DNA of 64,000 bases, from positions 2,852,001-2,916,000 of the forward strand of contig NC_043005.1 in NCBI RefSeq assembly GCF_006345805.1. Direction: 5' to 3'. The DNA is from Octopus sinensis. Lineage: Eukaryota. The position numbers and the translations under genes were made by a program. Shown one piece after another: positions 54,379-64,000 of the stretch. Each line of letters begins with the position of its first letter. Positions within the stretch are counted from its first letter, which is position 1. The notes under the pieces are model-generated. The model saw only the letters and a list, made by a program, of their open reading frames with translations. It searched no databases and was not told where the DNA came from.

Positions 54379-54659
54379 GTAAGTGGGCACAACTCCAAAA
54401 TGAGAATGGTACATAAACATAATGTCGAGAATCAAGAATTCTTCAAAAGTTGACTTGTCATACATGAAGACAATGTCTGATTGGCTGCAGCCACGAGACA
54501 ACAATGGTCACGTGTCTACCTCTTTATTTTTGGTTGGTCAGTTAACATGGTAGTGTTTTATTGCATTCTTTTATATTCTCTGTTCAAATACCACCGATAT
54601 TGACTTTCTCCGTTTCTTGTGGTTCGATAAAATAACTGCCAATGAAATTCTGGAGGCGA

Positions 54660-55037
54660 ATAAACCAATTTGTGGCACGGAAGAATATCGTGAATGTTGC
54701 CAGAAAGGTGGATATGTTCAGAAGGATTCTAAAAATGTACTGGCAATGAAGAACTCCAAAAAGAGAACCAACAGCAGACGACTTAGCGAAATCATCACCG
54801 AATGAAGAGTAAAACTAGCAGGCAACCTATGTCGATTACCAAAACAAGGCCATTCTAAAACCGCTTTCAAATGGACACCAACAGACAGGAAGACCGAAAA
54901 CTTCATGTCGCCGAAGATTCATAACCGACATGAGAAAAGCTAATGTCATGTGACCAGATGTAGAGAAAACCATGACCAACAGAAACCAATGGCATCAACT
55001 TGATTCCCAATGTCTTCGAAAGCACAGGATGAGTTAA
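54660..55037 (+). pseudogene. Decayed RTE-like LINE 3' end
   Basis: AG.LCRLP, KTAFKWTP, GRPKTS.RR, NRNQW..L remnants. Confidence 0.5.
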
Positions 55038-55078
55038 TAGTGAAGCTTATATCAGAAACTCTTATATTATTATTATTA

Positions 55079-55115
<37 letters not shown>

Positions 55116-55119
55116 TTCA

Positions 55120-55725
55120 GTAATCTTATTTTTATAGTGTGCTTTCACCGCAGCTCTGTGTGCCTTGGGTATGTGCTGTGGTTTGTTGTGATGCTCTGAT
55201 GGTTATTGTATTGAAAGTGTTTCGCGTACAACGTGTGCGGTGCCAAGTAGTGCAATTTTCTGTATGTTATATGTGTTTGTAAGTCCTGGTGTTTTTGTTA
55301 TGTATTTGTCTGAATATTTTTTTATCATGCCTAATGCACCTACTATCATAGGAATTGTTTCTGCTTTTAGATTCCACATTCGAGTTACCTCTACTTCCAA
55401 ATCTTTGTATTTTGAAAGTTTCTCCATTTCTTTTAGAGACACGTTCTCATCTGCTGGTATTGATACATCGATTAAAAAGCATTTTTTTTCTTAATCTCTG
55501 ACAACTCTATCCAGTTTATTATCCTTGATTTCTCTGTGTATTCGCATATCCCAGAGTATGGTTGCTTTCTCATTTTCTGTGACTTATTCTGGCGTATGCC
55601 TATACCATCTTTTTTCTGTTGTTATTCCATAATGTTGGCATAGCTTCCAGTGTATATAGGCCCCAACTCTATCGTGTCTGTGAATATATTCCTTCTTAGC
55701 CAGGACTGGGCAACCAGAGACAATA
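55120..55725 (-). pseudogene. R4/Dong-clade 3' end (restriction-like endonuclease)
   Basis: LIDVSIP, EKLSKYKDL, IVGALG, IQKIALLGTAH; 3' end abuts (TAA)n. Confidence 0.85.
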
Positions 55726-55739
55726 CAGTTTTAACAGCA

Positions 55740-56745
55740 TTAACTGGAATCTTACAGAACTCCTACGCCTAGACAGATAGGCAGAAACAAATACTAACTT
55801 CTAAGAACATGCACCACCCAAAAGCAGTCGTTGATCGTCTGTGCGTACCTAGAAGTAAGAGGAATGATACGGGTAGAACTGGGCTTTAAGAACTTCACAA
55901 TAGCAATGAGCAGGTAATTATTTAGTACAGAGGAGTGGATGCCGCGGCTTGTATGCAAACACGAAAGCATCAAAAAATCACATTCTATTGTCAAGGGAGC
56001 TTGCAAATTCGCAAGGGAACTTGGTATTAACTCTGAAATATTTGAAGAACCTGAAACCATTGCCACAAAACATGCAAAACGGATAAAGCAGACTGCAAAA
56101 AAGAACGGGTAGAAACAAACTGAGGGGCGGTGGAGCCAGAAGCCTCTGCATGGACAGTATATACTTCGAAGTCGAAATGCTGATGTAAACCAGGCAACAA
56201 CCCATTGAGAAGCTCAGGACTGAAAGCAGAGACTGAAGGTTTCATAGTGGTGGCACAACATCAAAGCTTGCTCACAAAACACTACCAGGCTAACGCCCTT
56301 CAAAACGGTTCTGACCCTAAATGCAGATTCTGCAACACATTTGACGAAACAATGGACCATCTCGTTTCGGGATGTTCTGTACTGACACCAAACGAATACA
56401 AAAATCGCCACGATAGGGTAGGACAGTATTTACATAGAGAAATATGTAAACACTACAAAATCAGCGCTCCTACTTACTGGTACGACCATCATCCTGAGTC
56501 AGTCGTTGAAGGTATAAACGTCCCTATCATCTGGGATTTCCCAGTCAACACCGACAGAACGATCCAAGTCAATCGACCAGACATAATCATTAAAGACAGA
56601 GAAGAAAATACTTGTAGACTAATAGATGTAAGTGTTCCCACTGATAAAAATATATCTGTAAAGGATATATAAAGACCTGGAAATTGAAATACAAAAGATG
56701 TGGCATCTTAAAGCGAGAACTGTCCCTGTTATTGTGGGTATACAA
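55740..56745 (+). pseudogene. R4/Dong-clade fragment (CCHC knuckle plus RLE)
   Basis: LHGQY, ETEGF..AQ.Q, CRFC...ET.DHL.SGC, RHD.V, NRPDII, LIDVSVP. Confidence 0.85.
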
Positions 56746-57185
56746 TAGGCACAAGGCCTGAACATTTGAGAGATGGGTGAAGTCGATTACATCAACCCCA
56801 GTACTCAACTGGTACTTATTTTATCGACCCCGAAAGGATACTAAGCAAAGTCGACTTCGGCAGAATTTGAACTTAGAACGTAGCGACAGACACAATACTG
56901 CTAAGCATTTCGCCCGGAGTGCTAACGATGCTGCCAGCTCGCCGCCTTATCATAATAATCATAATAATAATCCTTTCTATTATAGGCACAATGCCTGAAA
57001 TTTGAGGGAGGGGACAAGTCGATTGCATCGACCCCAGTACTCAGCTGGTACTTATTTCTTCGACCCTGAAAGGATGAAAGGCAAAGTCAACCTCGGCGAA
57101 ATTTGACCTCAGAACGTAAAGACGGACGAAATGCCGCTAAGCACTTAGCCCGGCGTGCTAACGATTCTGCTAACACGCCACCTTA
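56745..57185 (-). mobile_element. Two tandem SINE family B copies
   Basis: 56745-56950 and 56980-57185 both match the family core. Confidence 0.75.
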
Positions 57186-57186
57186 C

Positions 57187-57252
<66 letters not shown>

Positions 57253-58060
57253 TTGATAAAATAAAAATTTTGTTATTCTCGGTTTCCTGATTAGCTTGTG
57301 TAAGGCGTTCAGTTTTGATAACAGACCAAGATGGCCGTTTATAAACGAAGAAGCGTTGGTGTAGCTGGCGTGGAATATTTTATCTGGCTTCCTCTGTATT
57401 TTGTTTTCAGTTATCTCTCATGATTGACTTGGTTGTATTATTTGGCCAGCATTGATAAAACGAATACCAGTAAAATACGTGGCGATCAATTATACCGACT
57501 ATATCCTCCTCGCGTTTCATAAAATTGGTCTTGGACAGTGAACAAAGAAATCTTAAATCCACAACAATGGATTTTATGTTGCAGTGGAAATAAGGACAGG
57601 AACGAGGTGTTATAATCCCATTTAACTATTGGAGGGACGAATGGACAAACAATTCCTGTCTAAGGTTACATTCTAACAATACTGGTGACGGTGAGGGCGG
57701 CGAGGGTGGCGGTATATTGAATCCTATAAACCATTTGGCCATTTACAATTTCTTTTTAACGGTATTTATCAGAGATAACACATAAGTTAAACCAAGAACG
57801 AACGTCAGTTAATAAAAGAAAGCTGTCTCAAACAAGCAAACGGCTAAAAGAGAGTTTGAATAACAAGTTCTCATCAAAATGCCTAGACACAGTCGTACAG
57901 GTCCACCAATGAATCCTTCGAAGCTTTATTGACAAATAAATACGTCATATAATTTCTTTCTGAAATAAATAAGAAAGAAAAGGAGGAAGGTGAGAAAAGA
58001 GAAAGAGGGAAACAAAGAGAGACAGACAGAGTGAGAGACTGACAAGACAGATAGATAGAC

Positions 58061-58139
<79 letters not shown>

Positions 58140-58168
58140 GATTTAGATGAATAGATAGATAGATAGAT

Positions 58169-58233
<65 letters not shown>

Positions 58234-58630
58234 CAGACAAATAGAGAGAGAGAGAGGTAGACAGATGTGCATACAAAGCTAAACGGTAGCTAAAAATGCT
58301 GAAGATCAATGTTGGATTAGGTGTAACTGTTCTGTTTACCAAACAACAGAAACGTAACAGACCTAACGAGATCTTTATTATTACCTTCGTTTGTTTTCCT
58401 AAATAAACACAACCAGAATCGTGAAACAAACGTACACAAAAACACACAAACACACGCACACACACACAAACACACATATGTACATGAGTTTTGTAGACTG
58501 ATATATATGGCTATACGTGCAAAAATAGGGTGAGAGGGAGAAAGAGAGAAAGAGACTGACACAGAGACAGATGGGCAGACATAAAATAGATGATTAGATA
58601 ACATCTTGAGCAAATATATCACGAAAATTA

Positions 58631-58693
<63 letters not shown>

Positions 58694-59195
58694 TGTGTAC
58701 GTGTGTGTTTCTGAACGCGTATGAGTGTATTAATATACATCGCTCTGATGACGCCCATGGCGACAGATAATCGTCTGCACGACCGTCTCATTCACCCCCA
58801 GACGACATATCCAACCTTTTCCTTAATGGAATATCAAATGTGGAGAATTCTCCCCTTCTCATATGGAGCTGTTGTTAATTAGCATTTGGTAATTATGATA
58901 CATCTTCTAGAGTCGGAGATCGTTTTAATTGGTCAAGAATTTGTTCTAAGGCATTTGATATACCTGTATTCGTCTTGGCTCCTGGCCGCTCTCACTCGTT
59001 TCATCTCGCTTATTTTTTGTTTATGTTGATATAAACGCACACACGCACACGCACACACACACGAGAGTGAGTGTGTGTTCCAGTTAATTCAAGAAACGGA
59101 ACTGTTTGCTCGTGAAACCCTCACCACTAAACCACGCTCCTTCACTACATGCATGCATTTATCCTATCACATATATTATATTATATTTTTTTACA

Positions 59196-59372
59196 TTATG
59201 CACATTATTTACATTATTTACATTTGACAAATATTTGTCCTCATCTTGTTTGTTTTTGACACAACATTTCGACTGATATACCCTCCAGCCTTCTTCAGGT
59301 GTCTTGGGGAAATTTCGAACCTGGGTTCTCATTCCTAAGGTATTTTTCGATATTATTATTATTATTATTATT

Positions 59373-59426
<54 letters not shown>

Positions 59427-59778
59427 ATTACTATCATCATCATCATCATCATTATCATTATCATCATCATCATTATCATCATCATCATTATCATCATTAT
59501 CATCATCATCATCATTATCATCATCATCATTATCATCATCATCATTATCATCATTATCATCATCATCATTATCATCATCATCATTATCATCATCATCATT
59601 ATCATTATCATCATCATTATCATCATCATCATTACCATCATCATTATCATCATCATTATCATCATCATTATCATCATCATTATCATCATTATTATTATTA
59701 TCATTATTATTATTCAGGTCACTGCCTAGAATCAAACACGGAAGTTTGGGGTTAGTAGCCCGCGCTCTTAACCATTAC
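59196..59778 (-). mobile_element. tRNA-headed hammerhead SINE copy with an expanded trinucleotide linker
   Basis: Head 59713-59778 matches 36694-36760; tail 59196-59350 matches 36783-36930. Confidence 0.85.
59258..59303 (-). ncRNA. Minimal hammerhead ribozyme (variant copy)
   Basis: GACAC CTGAAGA A GGCTG..CAGTC GAAATGTT GTGTC. Confidence 0.65.
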
Positions 59779-59789
59779 TGTTTCAGTTA

Positions 59790-60313
59790 TTAGACAGCGA
59801 TCGGTCTCATCCATCACAGCTTTTCGGATCCAGGCGAAACCATTATGGCGGAGAAGTGCTGTCAGCAAATGGATGAAAATCATAAGAAACTCCGACATCA
59901 ACAGCCAGCATTGGTCAATAGAATAGGACCAATGCTTCTCCACGACAACGCTCGGTCGCATGTCGTACAACTGACTCAGGAGAAGTTGAACGAATTGGGC
60001 TACGAAACTCTGCCTCATCCACCATACTCACCAGACCTCTCGCCTACCGGCTACCACTTTTTCAAGCGTCTCGACCACTTCCTGAGTGAGAAATGCTTCA
60101 GAAACCAAGACGAGGCCAAAGACGCCTTCAACGACTTCATCGCCACCAGAACGCAGCATTTTTACGCTACTGGCATAAATAAACTTGTTTTGCTTTGGCA
60201 AAAGTGTGTTGATTCTGATGGTGTTTATTTCGATTAATAAAGTTTGTTTGAGCCGAGATATGTGCATCTGAATTTAAAGGTTAAAAACCGCAAGAACTTT
60301 CTTGACAACCTAA
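59790..60313 (+). pseudogene. Mariner 3' half (Hsmar1/cecropia-like)
   Basis: LLHDNAR, HPPYSPDLSPT.YHFF, YFD*; TIR ...CAACCTAA|TA. Confidence 0.85.
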
Positions 60314-60349
60314 TACATCATATTTACGGGATACACACACACACGCACA

Positions 60350-60825
60350 AGAAGAAAATGACCTACCGAACTATGGCTTCCTCCCAGGAAGAAGCTGCCT
60401 CACACAACTCCCACAGCACTATGACTGGGCTTTGAAACAGCTGCTTGACCATTCAGATGCCAGTGTGATATATCTTGACTTCGCAAAGGCATTTGATAAG
60501 GTAGATCATGGCATAAGTCATAAGCTACAAGACCTTGGCACGACTTCCTTAAAGATATTTGTAGCCAATGGTGCTCTTTCTGAGGAAACTCAAATTGTAA
60601 GGGGTGTCCCCACCTCTCAGAGAACTGTCCTGAGGCCATTACTGTCCATAATAGCCCTCTTACGCTCTCTCGAACGGCGACTGTCACTAACTATGCAGAT
60701 GGTTCAAAATTATCACAGGCAATAAAAACCAAGATGACGTCACAAGCTTAGAGCGGGACATAAACTCAATACACAAGTGAGCTGAAATAAACAACATGCA
60801 GTTTAATGCAGGAAAATTTCAAACA
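60350..60825 (+). pseudogene. CR1/L2-group RT fragment
   Basis: GFLPGRSCLTQL, VIYLDFAKAFDKVDHG, MQFNAGKFQ. Confidence 0.8.
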
Positions 60826-60925
60826 NNNNNNNNNNNNNNNNNNNNNNNNNNNNNNNNNNNNNNNNNNNNNNNNNNNNNNNNNNNNNNNNNNNNNNNNNNN
60901 NNNNNNNNNNNNNNNNNNNNNNNNN
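60826..60925. other. Assembly gap (100 N)
   Basis: Run of N. Confidence 1.
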
Positions 60926-61246
60926 ATAAGCATACTGACACCCGTTCATCAGAGAGAAACCTGATGGAGAGGTGTAGTTAAGTCGCTAACGATCCCAAAC
61001 TTGCAAAAGATTAGAACTGGGTCACATGTCACCAGCAACGCTCACGAGTGGTTTCACACACATACACATATACATACATGCACAACTATATCAACCGGTA
61101 TATATATATATATACATATATCTATATATATATATATATATATATTATATACACACCACATAGATATATATATCTATATATACATGCATATACATATTAT
61201 ATATTATATATATATATATATTATATATATACACACCACACAACAC

Positions 61247-61287
<41 letters not shown>

Positions 61288-61390
61288 GCATATACATATA
61301 CATATATATGTATATATATATATATACACACACAACATATATATATATTATATATATATATATATATATATCTATATATATATATATATG

Positions 61391-61476
<86 letters not shown>

Positions 61477-61637
61477 TATTATATATATATGTATACATTA
61501 TATACACGGTCGCTCACAAACGCCTTCCACACATACACACACACACGACACAGACCCGCCCCGCACAAATACACTCGTTGATACACACACACAAAACACA
61601 CAAACACACACAAAACACACACACACACACACGCACG

Positions 61638-61670
<33 letters not shown>

Positions 61671-62107
61671 GTCAATCTGGAACATGACAGAACAAGTAAC
61701 CAATTCCCAGTCATTTCAAATGAAATTAGTTTCCATGGATTTTATTTAATCTAGGTGATGAGTTCGTGCCGCTTGGAGAATTGTTTAGGTGTGTTGGGCA
61801 GGGTTGGATTGGGTGAAGGACTTATAGGAATGCAATACAGACACATACACCTCATATGATACATATACATTCTGTATCAATGTATATAGGTTTTTATGAC
61901 TTCATTTACGTTTGTGTACACACACACACACACATATACACATACACACACACGCAGACACACACACCCATGCATATGAATATATATGTATATGTGTGTG
62001 TGTATTCTTTAACATGTTTCAGTCACTTGACTGCATCCATGCTGGAGCACCACCTTAAAGGGTTTTTAGTCGAACAAATCGACCGCAGGACTTATTCTGT
62101 TGGGCTC

Positions 62108-62832
62108 TAACCCCTAAAGCATCAGCCATTTACCGCTAAACTTCACTGTTTTCGTCGTGTAACGTGGGTCGTTTCGCTTTCCTGGAGGCCTTCTGACAAA
62201 TTCTCGCTTATTAGGAAGCGAAACGACCCACGTCACACGACGAAAACAATGAAGTTTGGGGGTAAGAGTCTGATGCTTTGGGGATACATAAAAAGTGAGG
62301 GTTCAAGAAAGTTGGTTAAAATTGGCAGTACCTTGAATAGTGCCAAAATACATGCAGTTGCCGAAGGACAATTTGATACCAGACTTGGATGAAGGTGAGA
62401 TTTTTCAGCACGACGGAGCTCCATGCTATAGATTGCATGCAACACAACAGAGCCTGGCTGATGAAGGTGTTACTGTGCTGAAAGATTGGCCATCCCAGAG
62501 CCCTGACTTAAATATCATCGAGTAAATGTGGACAGAACTAAAGAGAAGAGTTCATCAGAAGAATCTATGGAATCTTGATGAGCTGTTGGAGCTCAACCAC
62601 AGAGAATGGTATCTCATACCTGTGGAGGTGGTGAAGGATTTGTACGTATCTCTTCCCAGGTACATTGAAGCAATTATTCAAGCTAAGGGATGCCACACAA
62701 AATATTAACAATGTACAATAACTTCTTGAAATGAACATTATGTAATAAATTTTCATTATAGACATTTTTTCTGTTTTAAAACACTATCTTGATTGGTTTA
62801 TGTGAGGTGACTGGAAACTTTTGCCCGGTCAT
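62108..62832 (+). pseudogene. Tc1-family transposase 3' part (D35E spacing) with a fold-back duplication
   Basis: KTMKFGG..MLWG, FQHDGAPC, WPSQSPDLNIIE, KGCHTKY; TIR-like AAACTTTTGCCCGG. Confidence 0.85.
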
Positions 62833-63051
62833 TTTTAGTGTTCGCCACGCTTCTTCTCATCTCATTCAGAACTCCAACTACAAAATATAATGATTAGGTT
62901 TGGAAATGACTCCAACAGGGCCAATGTTTCATTTGTAAAAACGCAATGCAAAACATCCACTTATAAGTTGGCAATTAGTAGAAATTTACAAGAGTTTAAA
63001 TGGCCGAAGACTTTTGCACGGTTCTGTGTGTGTGTGTGTGTGTGTATATAT

Positions 63052-63083
<32 letters not shown>

Positions 63084-63889
63084 AGGAAACAATTATGCTT
63101 TTTTATTTAAAAGTGTTTCGCTTTCTCTCTTTCTTATTCCACTTCACACTTCCACCACCCTCCCTCACCCACCCTTTCTCATTCGTCTTTCAGAGTTTAA
63201 AGCCAAACAGCTCCGATGTCACGTCTACTTTGTCTTTAGATTTGTGTCGGTTTCTACAAAGAAACGCCGTAGTTAATTTAACATTACGCACCTGCCATAT
63301 GACGTCTCATGCTTGTCATGTGATCACACACACACACAAACGCACTCACGTACACACAGTCACAGACACATACAAGTACTGAGTCGCATATGTTTCTGTA
63401 CGAATTCATCATGATGCCAGCCTCCATGTCATGTTTCGTTATACATGTGACGTTATACATGTGACGCCATAGATATGAGGTCACACGAAGTAAAGTATAT
63501 GGATAATCCGTTGATTCCAGTTGTTCTATGAATTAAACTGTTTGAATTAGCGATTAACTGGTTGAGTATACTACATACATGTGCACCCTCAACTTAATAA
63601 TTCCCAGGTGGGGTCGGTGAGTGACAAGGTTGGCCTTTTGAATTACAGGTTAAGTGCAAGCGATGGGCTTCCGCACAACTCCGTCCCCGACCCCAGGGAT
63701 TTAGCTAAAACACGAGCTCAGTTATTCTTCACAGTGGAATTGAAACGGAGACTTTAAGTGAACTTCTTAACCCCTCGCTCAAAACGCACGCATGCTCAGT
63801 GATGTTGTGTCGCTTCATACTGATACATATTTACCCACGTGAAGTCAAGTTAGCGATGTAATACAGTGTTGTTTTATACCTGTTTCTTT

Positions 63890-64000
63890 ATTACTCATAA
63901 GGGGCTAAACATAGAGGGGACAAACAAGGACAGACAAGCGGATTAAGTCGATTACATCGACCCCAGTGCATAACTGGTACTTAATTTATCGACCCCGAAA
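63890..64000 (-). mobile_element. SINE family B copy (runs off the window)
   Basis: GTCGATTACATCGACCCCAG...CTGGTACTTAATTTATCGACCCCG. Confidence 0.7.

Noticed and set aside
58741-58780. CTGATGA followed by a CGCC/GGCG hairpin
   Set aside because: No GAAA and no stem I/III pairing
60796-60981. ORF spanning the N gap
   Set aside because: Artefact of the assembly gap

Overview
An AT-rich, microsatellite-saturated eukaryotic region with no recognisable host protein-coding exon. The repeat landscape resembles an octopus/cephalopod genome (inferred, not verified). Nearly all long ORFs are microsatellite artefacts; the real coding signal is transposable elements. These include a young 5'-truncated CR1-group LINE (2925-5597, 870-aa open ORF), a decayed CR1/L2-group LINE nested in a Helitron, R4/Dong-type fragments beside (TAA)n runs, mariner/Tc1/pogo/hAT elements and many tRNA-derived SINEs. 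The main result is a Penelope-like (PLE) / hammerhead ribozyme system. A tRNA-headed SINE ends in a minimal type I hammerhead plus a PLE-type tail. One copy inserted with an inverted 5' segment and a target-site duplication (36437-36957), and related copies lie at 27990-28243 and 59196-59778. Four further, unrelated hammerhead-like loci occur at about 13.9, 38.4, 45.5-45.7 and 49.75 kb. There is also a decayed PLE GIY-YIG fossil and several PLE-like fold-back insertions in (TA)n tracts. All structures and alignments were read by eye; no searches or folding were run.
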